Below the pieces are notes generated by a model. It made no database searches, had not been told where the DNA came from, and saw only the letters and a program-made list of their open reading frames with translations. 64,000 nucleotides of DNA, taken from assembly GCA_964539765.1 (NCBI GenBank), contig CAZIJZ010000010.1, positions 8,902 to 72,901 of the forward strand, read 5' to 3'. The position numbers were made by a program, and so were the translations under genes. This document shows, piece after piece, positions 31,068 to 40,297 of the stretch. The first letter of the stretch is position 1, and every line of letters begins with the position of its first letter. The DNA comes from an uncultured Smithella sp. (GTDB lineage Bacteria > Desulfobacterota > Syntrophia > Syntrophales > Smithellaceae).

Positions 31068-32198
31068 ATGCTGAGCAAACAGGAAATTATTCAGGAGGCG
31101 AAACGCCTGCAATTTGCCGACATCGGTTTCACGTCTGCGGAACCTTTCATGTCCCAAAAGGAATACCTGCTGAAACATCAGAAAGAATACGGCTGGGCTG
31201 AAACGATCGGGTTGGGCTTGCTCGCCGGTACCGATCCGCAGAATATTATTCCCGGAGCAAAATCCATTATCGTTGTGCTGGAATCTTATTTTGAAAAATC
31301 TTTCCCTCAGGCGATGGAGCGTCATTTCGGCCGATGCTATCTTGATGATGACCGGGTAACGAAAGACGGTCTGGCGCTGAAGATTAAGACCTTCAGGAAA
31401 TTTTTACAGGCGCACGGCATAGATTCCAAAGTGCCTTTTAATCTGCCGCACCGTTTGTCGGCTGCCCGTGCCGGACTGGGAACTTTCGGCAATAATGGTG
31501 TCTTTTACGCGCGCCGCGTCGCCGCCGGCAGTTCATTTGTTTTTCCGGTCGCTCTTGTTGTTGACAGAGAGTTTCCCGCGGATGAGCCTTCCATTTCCAT
31601 GGGATGTCCCGACTGGTGCCGCAATGCCTGCGTGGCCGCCTGCCCGACCCGCGCGCTCAAAGGAGACGGAAAAATTGATCCGCGGCGTTGTATTTCATTT
31701 TTGTCTTATTACGGAGAAGGACTCACCCCGTTAGAACTTCGTGAACCGATGGGACTGTATGTTTACGGGTGTGACCGTTGCCAGAATGTCTGCCCACGCA
31801 ATGTAAACTGGATGGCAAAAGAAAAACCTCTTAATCCCCGGGTTTCAGCCAAAGCCGCTGACTTTGATCTTTCCCGACTTTTACATATGGACAAGGAATA
31901 CTTTCTGCAAAAAGTCTGGCCCCACATGTTTTATATGTCCTATAATGATATCTGGCGCTGGAAAATGAACGTCGCCCGTGCGATGGGCAACAGCCGCAAT
32001 CCTGCATATGTCGGAGAGTTGATCCGGGCGTTCAAAGAAAATAATGATGAGCGCGTGCAAAGCATGATTGCCTGGGCGCTGGGGCACATCGGCAGTCCGG
32101 AAGCTATGGAAGGGCTCAGGCGGTTTTTAAAAGACAGCAATGGCGCTGTCAGAGAAGAAGTTGAACAAGCCATCGTATCGGCTTCCGTAAGAGTTTAA
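31068..32198 (+). CDS. queG: Epoxyqueuosine reductase-like 4Fe-4S protein (QueG-like)
   Basis: N-terminus resembles DUF1730. Two ferredoxin-type clusters (C..C...C...CPTRAL and GCDRCQNVCPRN). C-terminal HEAT-like repeat AWALGHIGSPEA. The CX3 spacing in the first cluster is atypical, so the assignment is moderate. Confidence 0.6.
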   Translation: MLSKQEIIQEAKRLQFADIGFTSAEPFMSQKEYLLKHQKEYGWAETIGLGLLAGTDPQNIIPGAKSIIVVLESYFEKSFPQAMERHFGRCYLDDDRVTKDGLALKIKTFRKFLQAHGIDSKVPFNLPHRLSAARAGLGTFGNNGVFYARRVAAGSSFVFPVALVVDREFPADEPSISMGCPDWCRNACVAACPTRALKGDGKIDPRRCISFLSYYGEGLTPLELREPMGLYVYGCDRCQNVCPRNVNWMAKEKPLNPRVSAKAADFDLSRLLHMDKEYFLQKVWPHMFYMSYNDIWRWKMNVARAMGNSRNPAYVGELIRAFKENNDERVQSMIAWALGHIGSPEAMEGLRRFLKDSNGAVREEVEQAIVSASVRV

Positions 32199-32208
32199 AG
32201 GAGAAAAA

Positions 32209-32688
32209 TTATTCTTCTTCCACGAAAATATCGATTACTTCCAGATTGCGCGTGCCGCCGGGTGTCTGCACACTGACTTCAGAGCCGATGCTTTTGCCGA
32301 TCAGAGCCCGTCCGATGGGCGACGTTACGGAAATCTTACTCTGGTTGATGTCGGATTCATAAGGACCGAGCAGCTGGAATTTTATTTTTTCACCGCTGTC
32401 GATATCTTCCAGGCTAACGCAACAGCCGAACACGACTTTGCTTGTATTTAATCCTTTTAAATTAATGATGTTGGAAGTGGCCAGCTGATTTTCCAATTCC
32501 TGCATTTTCCCATAGAGAAAAGATTGTCTTTCCTTGGCGGCGGAATATTCGGCATTTTCAGAGATATCGCCGTGCGCTCGCGCCACTTCAATATCCCGAA
32601 CATTTTCGGGAATAGAAACATTTTTTAATGTCTCAAGATCCTTTTTAAGTTTTTCAAAACCAGCTTTTGTAATAGGCACTTTTTCCAT
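32209..32688 (-). CDS. greA: Transcription elongation factor GreA
   Basis: MEKVPITKAGFEKLKKDLE.LK...PE....I..AR.HGD.SENAEY.AAKE.Q. The C-terminal FKBP-like domain ends V.V..PGG. Confidence 0.95.
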   Translation of the reverse strand: MEKVPITKAGFEKLKKDLETLKNVSIPENVRDIEVARAHGDISENAEYSAAKERQSFLYGKMQELENQLATSNIINLKGLNTSKVVFGCCVSLEDIDSGEKIKFQLLGPYESDINQSKISVTSPIGRALIGKSIGSEVSVQTPGGTRNLEVIDIFVEEE

Positions 32689-32821
32689 GATAACTCCGGA
32701 TTGTTTTGCTATTCCTGACGTGATTTATTTAAACAACGGGCAGGATGATACTCTGTTGTGTTTAATAGAGAATAAATAGCCTGTCAAGGAACATTTAATG
32801 GCTTTGGATGAATAATTATGC

Positions 32822-32855
32822 TATTTAAGGCACAATAAAAAATAAGGTTGAAATG
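32822..32855 (+). repeat. Degenerate copy (H) of the hairpin element family, overlapping the moaA ribosome-binding region
   Basis: Weak 5-bp AT stem TATTT / AAATA. Loop AAGGCACAATAAA is 10/13 identical to the loop of copy E. 3' flank AGGTTGAAATG versus AGGTCGAATG of copy A. It lacks the 5' GAGAC. Confidence 0.35.
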
Positions 32856-32857
32856 CG

Positions 32858-33853
32858 ATGATGCTTGATCAATACAGTAGAGAAATAAATTATTTACGCG
32901 TCTCCATAACCGACAGATGCAATCTGCGCTGCATTTACTGCCGTCCCCAGGAAGGAATTTCCCTGCAGGGGCATGGGGATATTTTGCGTTATGAAGAAAT
33001 GATCCGTGTCATTTCCGTGGCGGTGAAAATGGGTTTGATCAAAGTGCGGTTGACCGGAGGAGAACCGCTTGTCCGACGCGGGTTTGTTGAATTCATTGCC
33101 GAGTTGAAAAGGCTCGATGGATTGAAAGATATCAGCCTGACGACTAACGGGATTTTACTGGCGGAATTCAGCCGCGGAATTTATGATGCCGGAATCAACC
33201 GGATCAATATCAGTCTTGATTCCCTGAACCAGGATAAATATTTTCAGATTACCAGAGGCGGCAATCTGGCTGATGTTTTGCGCGGAATTGCCCGGGCGGA
33301 GGAAACCGGTTTTTCACCGATCAAGATCAATACGGTGGCCATCAAAGGCTTCAATGACGATGAGGCTCTCGATTTTGCCCGCTTGGCGGAGGAGAAGCCT
33401 TTCCAGGTGCGATTCATTGAACTGATGCCGGTCGGGAAAACAAACCTTGATTACGGTGAAGATTATATGCCCGGATCGCAGTTAATCGAAATTATCAGGC
33501 GGCGCTATACACTGGAACCGGTAAAAAACAAAGTCAACAAATCGGACGGTCCGGCAAAAATATTCAAGATAAAAGGCGGACGTGGCGAAATTGGTTTTAT
33601 TAATCCGGTCAGTGATCATTTTTGCTCAACTTGCAATCGCATGCGACTCACGTCTGACGGAAAACTCAGAGCCTGCCTGCTCAACGAATCTGAGGTGGAT
33701 TTAAAAACGGCTTTGAAGGAAAATTGCAGCGATGCCGAGCTGGAAAAGCTCATCTGGGACGCTGTTTTATTAAAACCGAAACAACATGATATGGTCTGCA
33801 CCGAAAACAGTTTAAGAAAATGTTCCCGGAATATGTCGGAAATCGGTGGTTGA
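32858..33853 (+). CDS. moaA: GTP 3',8-cyclase MoaA (molybdenum cofactor biosynthesis, radical SAM)
   Basis: LRVSITDRCNLRCIYC is the CX3CX2C motif. GGEPL. The C-terminal auxiliary cluster is CSTCNRMRLTSDGKLRACL. Confidence 0.94.
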   Translation: MMLDQYSREINYLRVSITDRCNLRCIYCRPQEGISLQGHGDILRYEEMIRVISVAVKMGLIKVRLTGGEPLVRRGFVEFIAELKRLDGLKDISLTTNGILLAEFSRGIYDAGINRINISLDSLNQDKYFQITRGGNLADVLRGIARAEETGFSPIKINTVAIKGFNDDEALDFARLAEEKPFQVRFIELMPVGKTNLDYGEDYMPGSQLIEIIRRRYTLEPVKNKVNKSDGPAKIFKIKGGRGEIGFINPVSDHFCSTCNRMRLTSDGKLRACLLNESEVDLKTALKENCSDAELEKLIWDAVLLKPKQHDMVCTENSLRKCSRNMSEIGG

Positions 33854-33997
33854 AAAAAATTATCCGAAAAGATATATTTAAAAAAATACCATGGCGCTTC
33901 TGGGCTGTGAAAAGGAATATAGGATGATCATGCGGGGCAAAGGTTTCAAAAACGTCGTTATTATTTTTGTTGTGAAAATTTAAGCAGGGCGAATAAA

Positions 33998-34780
33998 ATG
34001 TTTCTCGATCAGAAGAAGACCGGATTTTCCGGCGAGAGATTAAAAACACCGAGAGACGATTACATTTTTTCCAGGCAGAAAGACCTCGTTCTGGATTTCA
34101 TTACGCCGCTGGCCGGGGAACGGCTTCTGGATATCGGCTGCGGTACCGGCAATCATTTACAGATATTTCGCGAAAAATGGTGTTCCTTAACGGGCGTTGA
34201 TCCTTCCGGGGAAAAACTGGAAGTTGCCCGGCAAATGCATGGTGATCGGGCAGAACTGATTAAGGCGGAACCGGCGGATCTTCCTTTTTCCGATAATGAG
34301 TTTGATATTGTCACGATCATCAATTTTCTGGAAATTGCCGACCATCCGCAAAAAATCATTGAAGAAGCGGTACGCGTCTGCCGCGGTCGCGTTTTTATCG
34401 GCTTTTTAAACAAGTACTCCTTTGTGGGAACCAGGCAACGCCTGAAAAAAATGTTCGGGTTCCCTCTTTCTCTCCCCGTCCGCCTTTACAGTTTTCCGGA
34501 AATCAAAAGAATGGTGGCGGATGCAACCGACCCCGCTTCCGTCAAATGGGGAAGTGTTATTTATTTCCCTGCCATGGTTTACGATTTTTTTGAAGAGCTG
34601 GAAGAAATGCTGCCGGTGAGGAAAAATCCTTTCGGCGCGTTTGTCGGTTTGACTTTTCCGGTGAAATACATTTACCGGACAGCGCAAAGTCCGGTTATGA
34701 ATTCATTCCAGCTCGAGGCGAAGGCAAACCATACGGTGCCGGAAGCTGTACGGGATATGTTGCGGCAGGCGGATCAATGA
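33998..34780 (+). CDS. Class I SAM-dependent methyltransferase
   Basis: Motif I LLDIGCGTGNH. Post-I acidic residue and Methyltransf_11-like spacing (FDIVT.INFLE). 260 aa. Confidence 0.8.
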   Translation: MFLDQKKTGFSGERLKTPRDDYIFSRQKDLVLDFITPLAGERLLDIGCGTGNHLQIFREKWCSLTGVDPSGEKLEVARQMHGDRAELIKAEPADLPFSDNEFDIVTIINFLEIADHPQKIIEEAVRVCRGRVFIGFLNKYSFVGTRQRLKKMFGFPLSLPVRLYSFPEIKRMVADATDPASVKWGSVIYFPAMVYDFFEELEEMLPVRKNPFGAFVGLTFPVKYIYRTAQSPVMNSFQLEAKANHTVPEAVRDMLRQADQ

Positions 34781-35787
34781 TTAAAGAAGCAATGCTTTAT
34801 GAAAAACGTGAAGAAGGCAACGTCCGCTGCAATCTTTGCGCGCACAGATGCACGATCCATTCCGGGAGGCAGGGCATCTGCGGTGTCAGAGGCAATAGAG
34901 ACGGTATTCTGTATTCACTGGTTTACGGGACGTTGATTGCCGACAGCGTGGATCCCATCGAAAAAAAACCTTTCTTCCATGTTTATCCGGCATCCAGGTC
35001 TTATTCCATTGCCACGGTCGGCTGTAATTTTTTTTGTGAATTCTGCCAGAACCACGGTATTTCGCAAATGCCTCGTAAAGCGAGTATGATTTCCGGTGAG
35101 GATTCACTGCCGTCGGAAATAGTGGCGCGCGCGAAAAAAAGCGGCTCTAAGACAATCGCCTACACGTATACGGAACCGACAGTGTTTTTCGAACTGGCTT
35201 ACGATACGGCGAAAATCGCCGCGGAAAACAGCTTGAAAAATTTGTTCGTCACTAATGGCTTTATGACCCCGGAAGCTCTTGAAATAATCGCGCCATATTT
35301 GTCCGCTGCCAATGTGGATTTGAAATCGTTCCGCGATGCGTTTTACAGGAAGACGTGCGGCGCGAGGTTAAGTCCTGTTCTGGACAGTCTGAAAAAAATG
35401 AAAGAAAAAGGGATCTGGGTGGAAATAACCACGCTGCTTATTCCGGCGCTCAATGACAGTGATGAAGAACTGAAAGACATTGCGAGATTTATAGCCGGGC
35501 TGGGCAGGGAAACGCCCTGGCATATCAGTCGCTTCCATCCGCAATACAAGATGCAGAACGTGGCGATTACCCCGCTTGATTCGCTGCATCGCGCGGCACA
35601 AATCGGTAGAGAGGCCGGATTGAAATATGTATACAGCGGCAACGTTCCCGGGGATGATGGTGAGAACACGCGTTGTTTCCACTGCGGCAAACTTCTGATT
35701 GAACGTTACGGCTTTAAAATCGTCGGCACCAATCTGCAAGGCGATAAGTGTCCGCATTGCGGAACGGCGCTGGATGGCATTTTCTAA
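34777..35787 (+). CDS. AmmeMemoRadiSam-system-type radical SAM enzyme (PflA-like activase fold)
   Basis: N-terminal Cys cluster C.LC.H.C.I..G..G.CGVR. Radical SAM motif GCNFFCEFCQN. C-terminal C..CG......C..CG. Its ATG overlaps the methyltransferase stop (ATGA at 34777-34780). Confidence 0.75.
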   Translation: MIKEAMLYEKREEGNVRCNLCAHRCTIHSGRQGICGVRGNRDGILYSLVYGTLIADSVDPIEKKPFFHVYPASRSYSIATVGCNFFCEFCQNHGISQMPRKASMISGEDSLPSEIVARAKKSGSKTIAYTYTEPTVFFELAYDTAKIAAENSLKNLFVTNGFMTPEALEIIAPYLSAANVDLKSFRDAFYRKTCGARLSPVLDSLKKMKEKGIWVEITTLLIPALNDSDEELKDIARFIAGLGRETPWHISRFHPQYKMQNVAITPLDSLHRAAQIGREAGLKYVYSGNVPGDDGENTRCFHCGKLLIERYGFKIVGTNLQGDKCPHCGTALDGIF

Positions 35788-35960
35788 AATTAAGATTTTT
35801 TATTTTCCCGTTGAGCATGACTCCATAGAAAGGTTCATCCCGAATAAACAAAAATTGCTGAACTCTGATTTGATATGTGATAAAAAAATATTTATTGAAA
35901 TAATGAAATCATGTTTAAAAGTGAAAAACTCAGTATCCGAAAATCTAAGAGGGACATTTT

Positions 35961-36719
35961 ATGGTTGACGCGAAAAAAAATAAAAAATCAGCTGATGGGC
36001 TTGTCAGTAATATTTCAAGGGGAGACGCGCTTCTATCCCGCCATCGCGGCGTGACAATACTGGCTTTGAGTGTGACGATTTTATTCCTGTCCGGATGTTA
36101 TTCTTATCATGAAAGGAACTGGACGGATCTTAACTTGATTGTGGGGGAAACGAAAGTATGCAAAGCATCCTGGTACGGTGAATACTTTCACAAAAAACTG
36201 ACGGCTTCCGGTGATGCGTATGACATGCATGATTTTACCTGTGCGCATAAACAGTATCCTTTCGGAACGATTATCCGGGTGACCAATCTTGCCAACGGCA
36301 AGGATGCGGTGTGTTTAATCAATGACCGGGGACCTTATTACTGGTTCAGAAAACTGGATCTTTCCTATGGCACTGCCAAAAGACTGGATTTTGTGGAGCA
36401 GGGTGTCGGTCCCGTCCAGGTCGAGGTGTTGGGCAGAGACTATGCTTATGCCAGATACGTGGAATACGGCAAACTCAGGAATGCCAAGTCCTTGACCGTC
36501 CAGGTCGGTTCCTTCCCGGATAAGAATAGGGCCAGAGAATTGAAAGATCAACTGGACTTAAATTATAAAGATGTTTACATCAGCTGCGCAACCGAGGAAA
36601 ATGAAAAGTGTTACAGGGTCAGAGTCGGAAAATTCAAGAAAAGGGCCGAGGCCCTGGCGGTAGCCGCTCGCATCGTAGAAGAAGGATACAATGTGATGAT
36701 ATTGCCGCACAGGTCGTAG
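35961..36719 (+). CDS. rlpA: Septal ring lytic transglycosylase RlpA (DPBB + SPOR domains), lipoprotein
   Basis: Lipobox LFLSGC. DPBB core ASWYG..FH.K.TASGD.YD.....AHK..PFGT...VTN..NG....V.INDRGP. C-terminal SPOR-like region (VQVGSF....A..L...L). Confidence 0.9.
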   Translation: MVDAKKNKKSADGLVSNISRGDALLSRHRGVTILALSVTILFLSGCYSYHERNWTDLNLIVGETKVCKASWYGEYFHKKLTASGDAYDMHDFTCAHKQYPFGTIIRVTNLANGKDAVCLINDRGPYYWFRKLDLSYGTAKRLDFVEQGVGPVQVEVLGRDYAYARYVEYGKLRNAKSLTVQVGSFPDKNRARELKDQLDLNYKDVYISCATEENEKCYRVRVGKFKKRAEALAVAARIVEEGYNVMILPHRS

Positions 36720-36826
36720 GTCATCGTTGGCATCAATCTTATCAAGATAAAAAAACATAATCCTGAACAGGAAAAGATGTCGCGGTTAAATTGAAAAATA
36801 AGCCGTTTTTCAAGGTGAGATAAAAT

Positions 36827-38017
36827 ATGGATACTCATCGCACAAAAAAAATATTCGAGCATACGGCCATTATTTTATTGCTGGTTACTTCCCTGTGGGG
36901 TTGTACGCTGACCCGGGGTGTTAAAAATATAACCGGAGTGGATGAAAGTATCCCGGTGCGAGGGGATCTTTGCCGTTTATCCGCTCTGGAAGAAGCTCAT
37001 GCTTATTATCAGCAGGTAGCCGTGAAGGGCGGCTGGTCGAAAATCCCGTCCGGTCATACACTCAGCGAAGGTGACGAAGATCAACGGATTCCTTTGATCA
37101 GGCAACGATTGATGGCGAGCGGCGAATTGAATTCGGCGGACAGCAGCGCTTATCTTTTTGACGGGAAACTCAAGACGGCTGTTCAGAGATTCCAGCGTCA
37201 TCATGGCCTGACGGCAGATGGTCGTGTCGGTGGAAAAACACTTCATGAGCTCAATGTGTCGGTCGGCGAACGGATCAGACAACTTGACGAAAGTATTAAG
37301 GGCTGCCGGTCGCTGAAACCTCTGGCGGAGCGTCGTCATATCGTGGTGAACATTCCCGACTTCACCCTCAAACTTTTTGATGGTTATAATCCCCTGTTTT
37401 CCATGCCGGTGATTGTCGGAACGCCGGCCCGGCAAACCCCCGTTTTTCACAGCCGCATTTATTCTCTGGTCATCAATCCGAACTGGACGGTTCCGAAGAT
37501 CATCGTTACGGAGGACCTCATCCCTAAGGTTAAAAAAGATCCCAATCATCTGAAGGATTCGAAAATCCGGATATTGAAGGATTTAAAAACCAATGAGGAA
37601 ATTGATCCCGGTACGATTGACTGGGAAAATCTGTCTCCGGAAAATCTTAACTTTCGTTTCCGCCAGGATTCCGGTCCGGCCAATGCCTTGGGCCGTGTTA
37701 AATTCCTGCTTCCCAATTCCGACGATATTTACCTGCATGGTACACCCGGTCAGTCTCTGTTTAGCAAGGATATTCGCGCGTTCAGCTCCGGCTGCATAAG
37801 ACTGGCAAGGCCTCTGGAACTTGCCGCTTACCTCTTGAAGGGCACTTCCATGGATTCCGAGAGAGCCTTACAGGCGGCGATTTCCAGTGAGAAAACGCAG
37901 AAACTGACGGTTCCCCGCCCCCTGGATATTTATATCATTTACATGATGGCCTGGGTTGATGAAGACGGCACGGTTCAATTCCGCCCCGATATTTACAAAC
38001 GTCACACGGCCATGTAA
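36827..38017 (+). CDS. L,D-transpeptidase (YcbB-like; PG-binding + YkuD domains), lipoprotein
   Basis: Lipobox SLWGC. PG_binding_1 LKTAVQRFQRHHGLTADGRVGGKT. YkuD catalytic motif YLHGTP....F.....FSSGCIRL. Confidence 0.9.
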   Translation: MDTHRTKKIFEHTAIILLLVTSLWGCTLTRGVKNITGVDESIPVRGDLCRLSALEEAHAYYQQVAVKGGWSKIPSGHTLSEGDEDQRIPLIRQRLMASGELNSADSSAYLFDGKLKTAVQRFQRHHGLTADGRVGGKTLHELNVSVGERIRQLDESIKGCRSLKPLAERRHIVVNIPDFTLKLFDGYNPLFSMPVIVGTPARQTPVFHSRIYSLVINPNWTVPKIIVTEDLIPKVKKDPNHLKDSKIRILKDLKTNEEIDPGTIDWENLSPENLNFRFRQDSGPANALGRVKFLLPNSDDIYLHGTPGQSLFSKDIRAFSSGCIRLARPLELAAYLLKGTSMDSERALQAAISSEKTQKLTVPRPLDIYIIYMMAWVDEDGTVQFRPDIYKRHTAM

Positions 38018-38018
38018 A

Positions 38019-38054
38019 CACATTTTTCAAACGTTGTTTTTTTAAAAAAATGTG
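38019..38054 (+). terminator. AT-rich hairpin after the L,D-transpeptidase gene (possible terminator)
   Basis: CACATTTTT (38019-38027) / AAAAATGTG (38046-38054) forms 9 bp around an 18-nt T-rich loop. Confidence 0.3.
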
Positions 38055-38219
38055 AACTCCGGGAAAAAGTCATGTTCGTATTCTTTGTCCGGAAGAAAAA
38101 TTTAAAAACGTTGTTGCTTCTTTTGTAAAAAGGATACAGGATTTTTAAAAACATTCATTCTTGGCATTTTGGAGATTTTATAAGGACATCATCCATCATG
38201 ATCATACTAGGAGGCGCGA

Positions 38220-40148
38220 ATGCGGTTTGAGCATCTTTTTTCACCCTTGACAATAAACGGAATGACCCTGAAAAACAGGGCGGTGATGCCGCCGATGGCC
38301 ACCGGTTACGGGAATGCCGACAGCACGGTCAGTGAACGTTTGCTCGCTTATCTGGAGCGCAGAGCACAGGGCGGAACCGGCCTGATTATTACCGAGGTAT
38401 GCGCGGTTGATCCGCGCGGGAAAGGCTTCCCCAATGAGATCGGCGTCTGGAATGATGATTTTATTCCGGCCCTGGAACGTATTCCGGCAGCCCTGCATCG
38501 TCACGGGGCCAAAGCCGCGCTGCAACTGCACCATGCGGGCCGTGAAACGTTTGAAGCCTTGCTTGGCCAAAAACCCGAGGCTCCCTCGGCGATACCCAGT
38601 GCCGTATTGGGGCAGCCGTGTGAAGCGATGTCTCTGGAACGCATTGCCGAAATTGTCCATGCCTTTGCTCAGGCGGCCGGACGCGCCCGGCAGGCCGGAT
38701 TTGATGCGGTGGAACTTCACGGTGCGCATGGCTATCTGTTAAATCAGTTTCTTTCGCCTTTCTCCAACAAACGTGAAGATGACTACGGTGGAAGCGAGGA
38801 AAACCGCATGCGCTTTATTCTGGAAGTTATCGCGGCGGTCCGCAGAGTTGCGGGCGGCGATTTTCCCGTCTGGATTCGCGTATCGGCGGATGAAGTGGTT
38901 CATGGCGGATACGATCTTTCCTTGATGCGCAGATTTGCTCCCCGGATGGTTGCCGCGGGCGTTGATGCCATCCATTGTTCCGTGGGGGTTTATTCCACGC
39001 CGGGAGGTCTGTCTATTGCGTCCATGGATACCGATTCCGGGTTCAACCTTTTCCGGGCCCGCGCGCTGAAAGAGGTTGTGCGTGTCCCGATGATCGGCGT
39101 GGGGCGGATCAATGATCCCGAAATGGCCGATCAGGCCATCGCCCGGGGCGATGCCGATCTGATCAGTTTCGGACGTCAGCATCTGACCGATCCGGATTTT
39201 ATCGAAAAAGCCCGTGCCGGGGCTCTGGAGGATATCCGCCGCTGCACAGCCTGTAATCAGGGCTGTATTGAACGCCTGAGCTTTGAGCTGAAATCCACCA
39301 CGTGCAGTTTTAATCCTGAATGCGGACGCGAATACAAAGGCCCCGTTCTGCCAGCCGACAAGCCGAAAAAAGTATGGGTTATCGGCGCGGGTCCGGCCGG
39401 ACTTTCCGCCGCCATGGCGTTGGTTGCCCGGGGGCATAACGTAGAGATATTCGAAAAAGAGGACGAGCCCGGAGGGCAACTGCTGTCGGCCAGTCGTCCG
39501 CCGCACAAAGCGGTATTCCTCGATTGGGTGAAATGGTCTTTGCGTCATTTGGAAAAATCTTCCGTCCATGTTCATTGTCAGCATGCCGTCGGGGCCGATG
39601 AGATCAGACAACAGAAACCGGATGCCGTAATCGTTGCCTGCGGCGCCTATCCTGTTACCGCTTCCATCCCCGGACTGAATTCCGGGATCGTCGCCGATGC
39701 GCGAGACGTACTCACCGGGAAAATCAAACTTGCCAGTCCGGCCGTTATCCTGGGAGCCGGATATGTCGGGATGGAAACCGCTGATTATCTGCTGGCTAAC
39801 GGCATCGCAGTAACGGTGCTGGAAATGCAGACCATTCCGCCGGTGAACAGGTTCTCCGCGCACGGATACTGGCTGCACAAACGCATTAAAGACGGCGGCG
39901 GAAGATTATTATTCGGCGCCCAAGTCCTGGGTATTGAAAACAACATCGTGCGATATACGCAGGCGGACAAACAAAGCGAGGAACAGGCTTCCCTGATCGT
40001 GACCGCCATGGGCGCGAAACCAGAAAATACGCTGGAGGATGTGCTCAAAGAGTTGGTCGTTCCCTACCGGATCGTAGGCGACGCTCGCGGTCCGCGCCGG
40101 ATTTTAGAGGCCATTCATGAAGGTCATAAAGCGGGAGAAGCATTATAG
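38220..40148 (+). CDS. NADH:flavin oxidoreductase of the 2,4-dienoyl-CoA reductase (FadH) type (OYE domain + 4Fe-4S + FAD/NAD(P) domain)
   Basis: OYE TIM-barrel N-terminus (L.NR.VM.PM......HHAGR...HGAHGYLL.QFLSP..N.R.D.YGGS.ENR). Cys cluster C..CNQGC. Rossmann motif VIGAGPAGLSAA. 642 aa. Confidence 0.85.
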   Translation: MRFEHLFSPLTINGMTLKNRAVMPPMATGYGNADSTVSERLLAYLERRAQGGTGLIITEVCAVDPRGKGFPNEIGVWNDDFIPALERIPAALHRHGAKAALQLHHAGRETFEALLGQKPEAPSAIPSAVLGQPCEAMSLERIAEIVHAFAQAAGRARQAGFDAVELHGAHGYLLNQFLSPFSNKREDDYGGSEENRMRFILEVIAAVRRVAGGDFPVWIRVSADEVVHGGYDLSLMRRFAPRMVAAGVDAIHCSVGVYSTPGGLSIASMDTDSGFNLFRARALKEVVRVPMIGVGRINDPEMADQAIARGDADLISFGRQHLTDPDFIEKARAGALEDIRRCTACNQGCIERLSFELKSTTCSFNPECGREYKGPVLPADKPKKVWVIGAGPAGLSAAMALVARGHNVEIFEKEDEPGGQLLSASRPPHKAVFLDWVKWSLRHLEKSSVHVHCQHAVGADEIRQQKPDAVIVACGAYPVTASIPGLNSGIVADARDVLTGKIKLASPAVILGAGYVGMETADYLLANGIAVTVLEMQTIPPVNRFSAHGYWLHKRIKDGGGRLLFGAQVLGIENNIVRYTQADKQSEEQASLIVTAMGAKPENTLEDVLKELVVPYRIVGDARGPRRILEAIHEGHKAGEAL

Positions 40149-40297
40149 CCGATATCAAGAATTAGGGAGTGGCAAGCTGTCCCTTCAAGCATCAGAGTGA
40201 TCCGGAACAGATTATATAATGCTTGCCATATTTTTATTTTTCTTTTAAAATAAATTTCAAGCACGGACAAATAAATAGAATTTATCAGGAGGTGTTG

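Noticed and set aside
32689-32857. I looked for a Moco riboswitch in the 169-nt region upstream of moaA.
   Set aside because: I could not find the conserved Moco-motif blocks (GC-rich CCUCC/GAGCC-type junction sequences). The region is AT-rich with no extended multi-stem structure. cmscan would be needed to settle this.
35699-35968. An 89-aa plus-strand ORF spanning the radical SAM gene end and the rlpA upstream region.
   Set aside because: Its 5' part overlaps the well-supported rSAM gene in another frame. The rest is AT-rich intergenic sequence. It has no RBS and low-complexity content.
36760-36770. ATCCTGAACAG upstream of the L,D-transpeptidase gene matches ATCCTGAACGAG of copy E.
   Set aside because: Only this short string is shared. 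The CGAA part of the flank and the loop motif are absent. The nearby ATCTT/AAGAT hairpin is trivial.
38739-39878. A 379-aa minus-strand ORF inside the FadH-like oxidoreductase gene. Similar long antisense ORFs occur at 4326-5015 (tuf), 23999-24736 (lptD), 51511-52209 (gatA), 61624-62382 (ilvD), 45741-46319 and 46972-47538.
   Set aside because: All lie fully inside strongly supported genes on the other strand. Their translations are Arg/Gly/Pro- or Phe-rich nonsense, and none has an RBS.
40171-40227. GGCAAGC...GCTTGCC (7-bp arms 45 nt apart), with internal CTTCAAGCATCAG and GATCC strings vaguely like copy A, downstream of the oxidoreductase gene.
   Set aside because: The alignment to the family is about 60% and needs several gaps. 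The architecture differs (45-nt interior, alternative AAGCAT/ATGCTT pairing). It is more simply a sloppy terminator followed by a T-rich tract.
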